This document shows, one piece after another, positions 7,757-16,204 of a DNA stretch of 64,000 nt (its first letter is position 1; each line of letters starts with the position of its first letter). The stretch is from Oligoflexales bacterium (GTDB lineage: Bacteria > Bdellovibrionota_B > Oligoflexia > Oligoflexales > JAPPIL01). The position numbers and the translations under genes were made by a program. Below the pieces are notes generated by a model, which searched no databases, had not been told where the DNA came from, and saw nothing but the letters and a program-made list of their open reading frames with translations. The stretch spans positions 672,001 through 736,000 of the forward strand of contig OZ244057.1 in assembly GCA_965215515.1 (NCBI GenBank). The letters are read 5' to 3'.

Positions 7757-10585
7757 CTAATAGACAGGCAAGTTCTTGAGTTGTTTGATATCGCTAAGCG
7801 GCACGGTAGCAGGCAGGGTTTTAATTGCTGTACCCTTAGCGAACAGTGCCACCCACAGTTGTCCGCGTGCTAACATTTTCTCCCACGCGGCGAGCACCTC
7901 TTCTTTGGTAATTTTGCCCAGAGCAGCGATGACTTGCTGACGATAAGCGAAGTTGCCCTCCAGCTCGATCGCCTCGTTGCGCAGGCGTTGATGACGTTCA
8001 GAGATGTTTTTCTCTGGCTGTCGCAGTTTGGCGATGACGTTGCGCCGATAGTCCTCCAGCTTGGCAGCGCTCAAACCTGCCAGCTGTATCGTCATCACAG
8101 GGATAAAACCCTCTATACGCTGTTGAATGGCGAGAGGATCGTGGCTTGCCGACTGCACGATAAACCTCAGCCCTAGCACTCGTCTGCGGTAGTGCCGTCC
8201 TGCATGCACGATGTAGCCCAGCTGTTGCTTGGTGCGTAGTTCGGTGAAGAAAGGCGAGCTGATATGGGTGTCGATAATGCGCAACAGTGCGTCATGCTGC
8301 GGAGTGCGTGCTCCCAGCGTCATAATCCTCAACAAAGCATGGTTATTGCTTTCACTGGTGAAGGCATAGCTGTATTTCTTGTCCAGCTGCACCGTCTGTT
8401 GCTGCCCTCGTGCCGCTTGCGCTAGCGGTTTTGCTTGCAAGCCACGCAGTAGTGCACGCAGTTCGGTGTGCACGGCCGTGCCGCGTAGATTGCCGTACGC
8501 GATACCTTCGTAAGCCATTTCCGCCAACACCTGCTCGCCGTGAGCACGCACCTCCGCCAGCGTTACGCCGTCGATCAGCGGCTGGTAGGCTTGATAATCG
8601 ATCATCGTCGGTGTTATAGCGGTATCGAGCTTGCCCATCGCTTGCCGATAAGCGTCCTCCCAGGCGAGGTTAGCGAGATCACGACGCAGTTTGTTCTTGA
8701 TGACCGCGAAAGTCTTTTCGTCGATAGAGATGGCGGGAAGCTTCTCCCCCAGTGCAACTAACAACTGCGGCAACTTGTCCGCATAGCCGCTCAGGTTGAT
8801 ACCGATACCGTAGTCGGTGGGAGCAATATCGAAGTACAACCCCGCCATCGTGATGGGATACTTCCACTCGTTAATACTTTCGTTGACAGCACGGACGTAA
8901 AGCAGCGATAGCAGTTTCTGGCGCGGGTTGCTGTTTGTCTTTGCGCTTAGCAAGTGCAAGTACAGGTGCGCTTTGGGTAACTTGAACTCGGTGTCCTGCT
9001 GAAACCAAAACACACCTTGCTCGTCATCGAGTAATCTGTAGGGGTGGGCACGTTCCTCGTCGGCATAGACATCGAGCTTGTCAGGTAACCATGCGTTCGG
9101 TGCGGGATAGCGCAACGCGGGCATAGATGCGGGATTACGCCAGGCCTGCCAGGCCGCGGTAGGGATCTTCTGCACTCGATAGTGTGCTCCGTAATAGGGT
9201 TCAACGCGATCGGTGGGGACTCCTTTAGCCAACACCATCGCTTGCAGTTTGTCAGGCTTGAGATGGTCGAGGAAGAGCTTGAAATCCGCGGGCGAGTAAT
9301 CGAAGTAAAGACTGTCGTTTTTGATAATTTTTAGTGCGGGGTGCAGATACATGCGGGTGGCAAGACCGACTACCGCATTTGCTCCTTCAGGCGGGTCACG
9401 AAAATCGTACCACGTCTGTGCCATCTTTTTCTGTTCGTCGAAATAATAGCGCGGCAACCCCCCATTGCGCAGCATGTCGAGATAGGAGAAGAACAGGGCA
9501 GTGATGTCATCTGTCGCCTGTAGACCACGTTCGGTCGCCGTAATTCTAACCTCAAACTCGCCGACGTAACTGCTCGGACTCGTGCCAGCCGACAGTGCAC
9601 TGGCATAACCCTTCTCCTTCAGCAGCGATAGCAACGAACCCTCGCCTTCGTCGCCGATCAAAGCACCGAGTAGCTGGTAGGGTTTGCTGCGCCAGTAGCG
9701 ATCGGGAGAGGGAACGGCGAAGGTTAGGGTCAACTGCTTGATGTCTGCCACAGGTTCGATTGCGATGCGACGCGGCAAACTGGCAGGATCGTAAATATCT
9801 GCACCGAAGGCCAGTGCGGCACGCTGGTTGTTTTTGACTTGCGTAAACAGCGCCCTCACCAGGCGTTCCTGCTCATCGAGACCTAGACGCGCCAAGACCG
9901 CGAGATGCATGTGGTTGGCCGAGTAGTATTTGCGGTAGAAAGCACGCAACATCTCAGGGGTTGTGTTCTTGAGGGTTTCACGGTTGCCTGTGGAAAAACT
10001 CCGCCGCGGGTGCTCGGGGTGATACAAGGAACGCACGACCTGCCGCGTGCGCCAGTAGTCGTTTTGTAGGTTCTTTTGGTGTTCGGAATGCACGGCGGAC
10101 AACTCGCGCTCGACATACTCAGCGTTGAACAGGGGGGAGATAAAAAACTGCCCAAAGCGATCGAGTGCGCCGCGCAGACCGTCGTGATTGACCTCGAAGT
10201 GGTAATTGGTGTGTTCCCGTGCGGTGAACGCGTTACTGTAACCCTGAAACTCGCTCAGATACTTGCTATACTCGCCGACCTGCGGGTACTTCTTCGTGCC
10301 CAGAAACAGCATGTGTTCCAGAAAATGCGCCATGCCTTGATGGTCACGGGGGTCGGAAAGACTGCCGACCCGTATATCCATCGCTGCCGCGGACTTCTTC
10401 GCCAACGGGTCGTGCACGAGCAACACCTGCATGCCGTTTCTGAGTGTCAGTGCACGGTAACTGCGTCTATCCACAGCCTCGTTCTTCGTGAGCATCCCGC
10501 TCCACAGGCGCTGCCAGGTGGTGGTACACGCGCTCGCCAGCAACCCCACCACGGCGATGCAGACGCACGACCTGAGACACACCAC
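7757..10585 (-). CDS. M16A zinc peptidase (pitrilysin/insulinase family), probable lipoprotein
   Basis: AHFLEHMLFLGTKKYP (HxxEH), NAFT, ELRTKQQLGYIV; lipobox-like ASAC. Confidence 0.93.
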   Translation of the reverse strand: MVCLRSCVCIAVVGLLASACTTTWQRLWSGMLTKNEAVDRRSYRALTLRNGMQVLLVHDPLAKKSAAAMDIRVGSLSDPRDHQGMAHFLEHMLFLGTKKYPQVGEYSKYLSEFQGYSNAFTAREHTNYHFEVNHDGLRGALDRFGQFFISPLFNAEYVERELSAVHSEHQKNLQNDYWRTRQVVRSLYHPEHPRRSFSTGNRETLKNTTPEMLRAFYRKYYSANHMHLAVLARLGLDEQERLVRALFTQVKNNQRAALAFGADIYDPASLPRRIAIEPVADIKQLTLTFAVPSPDRYWRSKPYQLLGALIGDEGEGSLLSLLKEKGYASALSAGTSPSSYVGEFEVRITATERGLQATDDITALFFSYLDMLRNGGLPRYYFDEQKKMAQTWYDFRDPPEGANAVVGLATRMYLHPALKIIKNDSLYFDYSPADFKLFLDHLKPDKLQAMVLAKGVPTDRVEPYYGAHYRVQKIPTAAWQAWRNPASMPALRYPAPNAWLPDKLDVYADEERAHPYRLLDDEQGVFWFQQDTEFKLPKAHLYLHLLSAKTNSNPRQKLLSLLYVRAVNESINEWKYPITMAGLYFDIAPTDYGIGINLSGYADKLPQLLVALGEKLPAISIDEKTFAVIKNKLRRDLANLAWEDAYRQAMGKLDTAITPTMIDYQAYQPLIDGVTLAEVRAHGEQVLAEMAYEGIAYGNLRGTAVHTELRALLRGLQAKPLAQAARGQQQTVQLDKKYSYAFTSESNNHALLRIMTLGARTPQHDALLRIIDTHISSPFFTELRTKQQLGYIVHAGRHYRRRVLGLRFIVQSASHDPLAIQQRIEGFIPVMTIQLAGLSAAKLEDYRRNVIAKLRQPEKNISERHQRLRNEAIELEGNFAYRQQVIAALGKITKEEVLAAWEKMLARGQLWVALFAKGTAIKTLPATVPLSDIKQLKNLPVY

Positions 10586-10588
10586 CGC

Positions 10589-11047
10589 TCACTCCCGCAT
10601 TGAGTTGAGGCATGTGAACGTATTACTCAGTGTGTTAGCGCCGCCGCGGTAACGATAGTTGACCGTAATCCGCAGATTGGCAGGCACGTAATCTCCCAGC
10701 TCAGCGCTGATATTGCGCCCTGCATTGAAGACACTCTCCCCCGCGGGTACGTACTCACGCTTGCAGTAGGTCGCCAATGCGCGCTGCGACAACGCATTGA
10801 GATCAGCGTAATCCCCCTGCTCCTCTCCTTCTAGCACCAGCGTGCTCGGGGGGCGGGAGACGATACCCTTGATCGACAACTGTCGTTGCCCGCTTCCCTC
10901 TTCACCTGACAGCGCACCCTGCACTGTGATGGTGTGCGTCTCGTAGGCGTGGAAACCCACACTCACCAACACCAGTCGCATCGACGGTTCCCCAGCGGCG
11001 AGAGACACCCCCGCCAACGAGCACAACAACGCCAGCATACATCTCAT
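10589..11047 (-). CDS. Hypothetical secreted protein
   Basis: Signal-peptide-like N-terminus; ends 3 bp before the peptidase start, suggesting an operon. Confidence 0.65.
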   Translation of the reverse strand: MRCMLALLCSLAGVSLAAGEPSMRLVLVSVGFHAYETHTITVQGALSGEEGSGQRQLSIKGIVSRPPSTLVLEGEEQGDYADLNALSQRALATYCKREYVPAGESVFNAGRNISAELGDYVPANLRITVNYRYRGGANTLSNTFTCLNSMRE

Positions 11048-11217
11048 ATCCCTAACCTCGTGACACGAAGAAAAAACAAACCACCCAAGCCCCTCATCCT
11101 AACACAACTCCAGAAGATAGCAACGGCTTAGTTGCAAACAAAATGGCTTCGCCCTCTACGTCTTGTCGTTCTGACAGGATGGAGACATCTACGTGGGTAA
11201 AGCAGTATTTCCGCGCC

Positions 11218-11247
11218 TTGACTTGCTCAAAACGGCAGAGGTATCAT
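11218..11247 (+). promoter_or_regulatory. Sigma70-type promoter
   Basis: TTGACT-18 nt-TATCAT upstream of the ATG at 11280. Confidence 0.5.
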
Positions 11248-11279
11248 TGAGGGGTGGTGCGTGTGTGGGAGGGATACCG

Positions 11280-12005
11280 ATGAGTGACGAGAAAAAAAAG
11301 CCTCTTTCGTTAGAGGCCAAGCTCGATCGCTTTGAGGCCGCGTTGGCGGCCGAGCGCGAGGCACGTGCCGCTGATCGCAAAGATTACGAGGACAGGCGCA
11401 AGGCCGATCGCAAAGATTACGAGGACAAGCGCAAGGCCGATCGCAAAGATTACGAGGACAAGCGCAAGGCCGATCGCAAAGATTACGAGGACAAGCGCAA
11501 GGCCGATCGTCGCGAGTGGGCGGTCAAGATGGGAGAGCTTTCCCGCAAGTTGGGGAAGTTGGCTGAGTTCGCCATCGAATCTGGTATCATCGACACCCTA
11601 GAAGGATACGCCGACCTCGATGTCACCCATCTCGTGCCCAACGTCGAGGTACAGGCACAGACAGACGGGAAGGAGGAGTTGGGTGAAATCGACATTATTG
11701 CCAGCGGCAAACGCGACATCGTCGTTATCGAGACTAAGGTAACCCTAAGCCACGAGGATGTGGGTAGATTCGTTGCCAAGTATTTGCACAATTTCCCGCG
11801 CTGGCGAGCATCGTCACCGCATATTCTTTTGCCTCGCTGCGAGGGTAAGCGTATCTTCGGTTGTTTAGCCTACGCGCAAGCGAGCAACCACGCTGAAGCT
11901 GCCGCGGTGAAGGCGGGGCTGATTACCGTGCACGTTTTCGGCAGCAGTAGCAAGATTGCCCATCCCGACACTAGACTGGTCGATTTCCACCCCGCGGCGC
12001 GCTAG
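11280..12005 (+). CDS. Coiled-coil repeat protein with C-terminal PD-(D/E)XK nuclease-like domain (DUF3782-like)
   Basis: GGGAGG RBS; ADRKDYEDKRK repeats; GKLAE...GEIDIIA...VIETKVTL catalytic pattern. Confidence 0.75.
   Translation: MSDEKKKPLSLEAKLDRFEAALAAEREARAADRKDYEDRRKADRKDYEDKRKADRKDYEDKRKADRKDYEDKRKADRREWAVKMGELSRKLGKLAEFAIESGIIDTLEGYADLDVTHLVPNVEVQAQTDGKEELGEIDIIASGKRDIVVIETKVTLSHEDVGRFVAKYLHNFPRWRASSPHILLPRCEGKRIFGCLAYAQASNHAEAAAVKAGLITVHVFGSSSKIAHPDTRLVDFHPAAR
11370..11509 (+). repeat. 33-bp in-frame tandem repeat, about 4.2 copies
   Basis: Unit GCCGATCGCAAAGATTACGAGGACAAGCGCAAG; three copies identical, first copy has two mismatches. Confidence 0.97.
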
Positions 12006-12083
12006 TTACCTGCCGCGTGGACAAAAATAACGCTGTCTAATACTAGCATGGCTCGCTCCCGCTCTGTCCTCCACGTTGTAGTG

Positions 12084-12112
12084 TTGACACTCCTGAATCC
12101 CGTTGGTATAAG
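12084..12112 (+). promoter_or_regulatory. Sigma70 promoter of the tRNA pair
   Basis: TTGACA-17 nt-TATAAG just upstream of tRNA-Lys. Confidence 0.75.
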
Positions 12113-12138
12113 CGCGTCCTCATTGCCAGCGGCGGGAA

Positions 12139-12211
12139 GGGCTCATAGCTCAGTTGGTAGAGCAGCACACTTTTAATGTGCGGGTCCCTGGTTCGATCCC
12201 AGGTGGGCTCA
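12139..12211 (+). tRNA. tRNA-Lys(TTT)
   Basis: Acceptor GGGCTCA/TGGGCTC, D-arm TAGCTCAGTTGGTAGAGC, anticodon arm GCACA-CTTTTAA-TGTGC, T-loop GGTTCGATCC; CCA not encoded. Confidence 0.97.
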
Positions 12212-12228
12212 CTGTGTGGTCGGGAACC

Positions 12229-12303
12229 GTCCCCATCGTCTAGCCTGGCCCAGGACACCGCCCTTTCACGGCGGCGACGGGGGTTCGAATCCCCCTGGGG
12301 ACG
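12229..12303 (+). tRNA. tRNA-Glu(TTC)
   Basis: Acceptor GTCCCCA/TGGGGAC, anticodon arm CCGCC-CTTTCAC-GGCGG, T-loop GGTTCGAATCC. Confidence 0.97.
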
Positions 12304-12358
12304 TTTTTTGTTCTTGCCCTCGCACGGGGAGTGCTGGGAAGCGGCGGAGTGACGGTCG

Positions 12359-12970
12359 ATGGGCGGGTTTCTGCGACAGAACTGGTTGCGGGTGTGCAGT
12401 GTCCCGAACAACTTGACGTTGCTCCGTATCCTGTGCGTACCGTTGTTGCTGGTTGTTTTTCCCCTCGACCATTACATCACCGACTTGATCTGCGCGTTGC
12501 TTTTTTCATTGGCTGCGTTGACGGATTTTTTTGATGGCTTTTTCGCCCGTCGTTTCAACACAACCTCCAAGCTGGGCGAAGTTCTCGACCCTATCGCTGA
12601 CAAGTTACTCGCCGTTGCGATGTTACTGTTGTTATGTAGTGCGGGGCGTGTGCCTGCCTTGCTCGGTGGATTATTGGTGGTGCGTGAAGTTGCAGTGTGT
12701 GGTTTGCGCAACGTCGCCAGCGAACGCGGTTTGCAGTTGCCTGTAGAAAATCTCGGCAAATGGAAAACGGCGGTGTTGTGGGTGGCGATTTTCTGTTTGA
12801 TAATCGACAAGACGGTGCTCGGTGTGCCGCTGCGGGTCATCGGCATGGGTGGAATTTGGGTGGCTCTGCTGCTATCGTGGTGGTCTGCCTACCGCTACTG
12901 GCATGTATTCTACAGTGCTAGCGATCTGTCCAGCGCTGCGCCTCCCTCCTCAGGCGAGGAAAAGCCTTGA
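12359..12970 (+). CDS. pgsA: CDP-diacylglycerol--glycerol-3-phosphate 3-phosphatidyltransferase
   Basis: PNNLTLLR, TDFFDGFFARR, GEVLDPIADK, GKWKT motifs. Confidence 0.93.
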   Translation: MGGFLRQNWLRVCSVPNNLTLLRILCVPLLLVVFPLDHYITDLICALLFSLAALTDFFDGFFARRFNTTSKLGEVLDPIADKLLAVAMLLLLCSAGRVPALLGGLLVVREVAVCGLRNVASERGLQLPVENLGKWKTAVLWVAIFCLIIDKTVLGVPLRVIGMGGIWVALLLSWWSAYRYWHVFYSASDLSSAAPPSSGEEKP

Positions 12971-13968
12971 CCAATAAACGTTTCGATGTTTGTTCCGCCG
13001 ACCATCCGATGATCGACTACACGATCGCGGTCGATGAGGCTGAACTTGCCGAATTGAGGTTACCCAAAGGTATCGGCAGCGCCATCAACAGCGAGCAACG
13101 ACGGGAAATGCTCGATCGTTTCCGCACTAGGATAATAAACACTGTCGTGGGCGGTTCGGGGGTGAACACTATCAAGACATTGGCTGCCTTCGGCAGAAAA
13201 ACCGCCTTCATCGGTACGATAGGCGATGACGAGGACGGGGCACGGATCAGATCGACCCTCGAAGAACTGGGTGTATACTGTGAACTGGCTGTGCAGAGCG
13301 ATTATCCCACAGGGGTCTGCATCTGTCTGGTCACCGACGACGGGGAACGCACGATGGCTGCCGATCTCGGAGAATCGCTGATCGGTTCGCAACGTGAGGC
13401 AGTGCTTAAACATGTTTCGCTTTCCCGCATTTTCCACTTCTGTGGTTATGCATGGTTGAGCAGCGCGGGGCGGGAGGTCATCGGCACTGCCATCGCCGCG
13501 GGGAAAGATGCGAGAACAGCCATCTCCTTCGATGTCTCCGATCCTTTCATCGTGCAGAACCACCGCCAAGATTTTGTCGATATTATCAAGAATCATGCCG
13601 ACATCATCTTCGCCAACGAAGAGGAAGCCAAGTCGTTGTTCAATCATTCTCCACAAGAGGCCGCCTTTAGCATTCAGTCGCTCGATAAGTGTGCGGTCAT
13701 CAAACTCGGCTCAAAAGGAGCGTTGATCGGCAACAAAAGCGACCAATTCAAGATTGCCCCCATCTCTACCGATGCCGTGGACACCACAGGCGCGGGCGAT
13801 ATGTTTGCCGCGGGTTTTCTCTACGGGATAACCGATAACCTACCCTTGCCTGTAGCTGGTTATTACGGTGCATTACTGTCTACCGATGTCATCAAACACT
13901 ACGGCGCAATGTTGTCAGACGACATCTACCGCCAACTCAAATCCAAACGTCGTTTCATCTACCACTGA
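12967..13968 (+). CDS. PfkB family sugar/nucleoside (adenosine) kinase
   Basis: GGSGVNT, DGERTM, FANEEEA, DTTGAGDMFAAGFLYG motifs. Confidence 0.9.
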   Translation: MTNKRFDVCSADHPMIDYTIAVDEAELAELRLPKGIGSAINSEQRREMLDRFRTRIINTVVGGSGVNTIKTLAAFGRKTAFIGTIGDDEDGARIRSTLEELGVYCELAVQSDYPTGVCICLVTDDGERTMAADLGESLIGSQREAVLKHVSLSRIFHFCGYAWLSSAGREVIGTAIAAGKDARTAISFDVSDPFIVQNHRQDFVDIIKNHADIIFANEEEAKSLFNHSPQEAAFSIQSLDKCAVIKLGSKGALIGNKSDQFKIAPISTDAVDTTGAGDMFAAGFLYGITDNLPLPVAGYYGALLSTDVIKHYGAMLSDDIYRQLKSKRRFIYH

Positions 13969-14067
13969 TCTTTTTTTATTCTCAAAAAACAATTGACAAA
14001 GTTAACACAACAGGCGTAGGGTGGGCGGCGACGAGATCTTCAGTGCATAGATGAGGGGAGGTGGCCG

Positions 14068-14994
14068 ATGCAAAGGTTATGGGTGGTAGCCTGTTTGATG
14101 GCTGGCATGTGGACCGTCGAGCGTGATAGCGAGGCTCGCAGCAGTGCTGTCGGCGCGCTCAAGCAGCGCGGGGCTGTGTTGTGGAGCAGATGGCAGCAGC
14201 GTGTGGGTGCGTTGCCGCGGGTCAAAAAATCCTTGTTGCAGGCGGGGATGGCTGCAGCTTTGTGCACGACGTTGGCCTGCGGTGGGGTGACACAGTCTCC
14301 AGAGGTTGTGGAAAGCGCACCAGCCGTGGTGTCTGCACCTCAAATCGTGCCAGAGAGGCAAGAGAACGAGAACTTGCTCATCGTCACCAAGCTTTACGGC
14401 AAAGGTTTCACTGCCGCGCGCGGTATTCCCGCAGGCAGTATTGAGGCCTATGAGCAGAGCAAAACCGAGCTGCCCGTGCAGTTTTACGACGGTATGATGG
14501 TGCACTATGTGGAGGATGGTCGGGACTTTGTCCGTATAGTCGATCTCTTTGACGACAAAGTGCTCAAGGTTCGGCATTTAGGAGGCAGCGAGGTGGTGGT
14601 TGACCCTCAGACCATCGAGGGGATTATGGTTGGCGAACACCACGAGTACGGGCGTGTGCGTGTCTCGATGGCGGCGCAGCACGTGCGTTCTCTCAACACC
14701 GAGAGGGATGCGAGCGCTAAGCTTTTAGACAGTTTGCCTGAGGGAACGGTTTTTCACGGCGTGCCCCAGGTTATTTTCAGCAACGGTGTCTATGTTGTCA
14801 ATGTCGATGCTTTCTCAATCCGTAACGGCCCGATACAGCGTTCTTCTACCAAAATGCGTTTTGTCGCGTCCGTCGAGGATCTTGTTATTAGCGTAGCTCC
14901 CGCGCCATCTCCACCGCATCGCCAACAGCTCCTGCCTCGCCCGCGACCCGAGGGTAAACAACGCCTGATCGCGTCTCTGCCAGCCAGCTACTGA
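14068..14994 (+). CDS. Hypothetical protein, possible lipoprotein
   Basis: GAGG RBS; upstream TTGACA-18-TAGGGT; internal lipobox-like TLAC; no family recognised. Confidence 0.6.
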   Translation: MQRLWVVACLMAGMWTVERDSEARSSAVGALKQRGAVLWSRWQQRVGALPRVKKSLLQAGMAAALCTTLACGGVTQSPEVVESAPAVVSAPQIVPERQENENLLIVTKLYGKGFTAARGIPAGSIEAYEQSKTELPVQFYDGMMVHYVEDGRDFVRIVDLFDDKVLKVRHLGGSEVVVDPQTIEGIMVGEHHEYGRVRVSMAAQHVRSLNTERDASAKLLDSLPEGTVFHGVPQVIFSNGVYVVNVDAFSIRNGPIQRSSTKMRFVASVEDLVISVAPAPSPPHRQQLLPRPRPEGKQRLIASLPASY

Positions 14995-15236
14995 GCTCGC
15001 GTGCCTACCGTCTCGTGGGCAGGTGGCGATGATGCTTGCCAGCGCGGGAAGTTGCGCAGATACCTGGTAACTAGTTTGTCCGCCAACAAAGGTCAAACTA
15101 CACAACGAAATAAAACAACTACAAAAAATATTAAGGCAAAAAAACAGCCGAGGGGGGGTCCGCTTTTTACGGGGGCATCTACGCAACCGAAGCTGGTTAC
15201 CTCTACCGTTATTCATCAGAAAAGTAGCGGCACCTA

Positions 15237-16178
15237 TCACTCGACCGTCTTACCTTCTTTTATCGCTTTAATATTGGCCGCAATACGTTGGATATCATCG
15301 TCGCTCATCTCTTGTTGGGCGTGCAGTTTCTTTTGCAACTCATGCAAATAGCGTTGCTCCGCAGGCAGCAACCCTACTCTTTTGCCCCGTAAATCATCGT
15401 AACGTTGCAAGGCATGCATCGCGTCCTGGTAATTATGGGTACGAGATTTCAATACAGATAAGTTATAAAGCACGGCTGGATTTTCTTTACTACGTGCCAA
15501 TAAGTATTTATATTTTTCCTCTGCCGCTTGATAATTTTTTTGCAACGCATCGACTACCGCCAAATGTAGCAGAGCATCAGGATGGTCAGTAATTTTAGCT
15601 AGTACTCGTTGAAAATAATCTCGAGCTTGATCGAATTGCCGAAACCGCAAGACAATCAGACCTGCATTCATTAACAAAGACGGATCGTGTGGATGTTTAA
15701 GCAAAGCTTTTTGTAAAATACGAAACGCCTGAATGTAATTCTCCCGTGCAATAGCAACCTGTGCTCGCAAGTTGGCTGCAACAGCACTGTCAACATCACC
15801 TAGTTGTTTGATAACAACATCTACCAACTTGTATTTTTTTTGTTTCAAAAGATTTTTGACTAAAATAAGCCTCGCCTGTTGAGAAGTTAAATCAAGCTTT
15901 AATGCCAGACGGCTGAAACGCACACTGTCGTCATACTTTCCCAGCAGAAAACACACCTGCGCAAGGTCGAGCAAGATTTTCATATTGCGCGGCCGATGAT
16001 GATGAACCGCAAGCAAACTCTGCCTGGTTTTTTGTAAAGCCTGCTTGCGTTTATGATCAGCAACAGGCTGTTCCTCATGGGTGTAGAGGTAATAGACAGA
16101 ATTTTTCTTGTCAACCTCCTTGATGTAAGAAACTGTCTGGCAAGCGACGAGCACAACACTTACTAACAGTACTTTCAT
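15237..16178 (-). CDS. TPR lipoprotein, AglT/GltE-like
   Basis: Lipobox LVAC, multiple TPR helices, directly downstream of a GltD-like gene. Confidence 0.65.
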   Translation of the reverse strand: MKVLLVSVVLVACQTVSYIKEVDKKNSVYYLYTHEEQPVADHKRKQALQKTRQSLLAVHHHRPRNMKILLDLAQVCFLLGKYDDSVRFSRLALKLDLTSQQARLILVKNLLKQKKYKLVDVVIKQLGDVDSAVAANLRAQVAIARENYIQAFRILQKALLKHPHDPSLLMNAGLIVLRFRQFDQARDYFQRVLAKITDHPDALLHLAVVDALQKNYQAAEEKYKYLLARSKENPAVLYNLSVLKSRTHNYQDAMHALQRYDDLRGKRVGLLPAEQRYLHELQKKLHAQQEMSDDDIQRIAANIKAIKEGKTVE

Positions 16179-16204
16179 AACCCATGTCTCCTATACTAAA
16201 TTTA

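Noticed and set aside
11370..11509. 33-bp repeats as a CRISPR array
   Set aside because: Units are contiguous with no spacers, lie in frame within a CDS, and no cas genes are present.
12043..12472. ORFs overlapping the tRNA genes
   Set aside because: Spurious translations of tRNA-Lys and tRNA-Glu.
15130..15240. Possible ncRNA or terminator downstream of the GltE-like gene
   Set aside because: G/C runs and a T-tract are present on the minus strand, but I could not build a convincing stem or match a known family.
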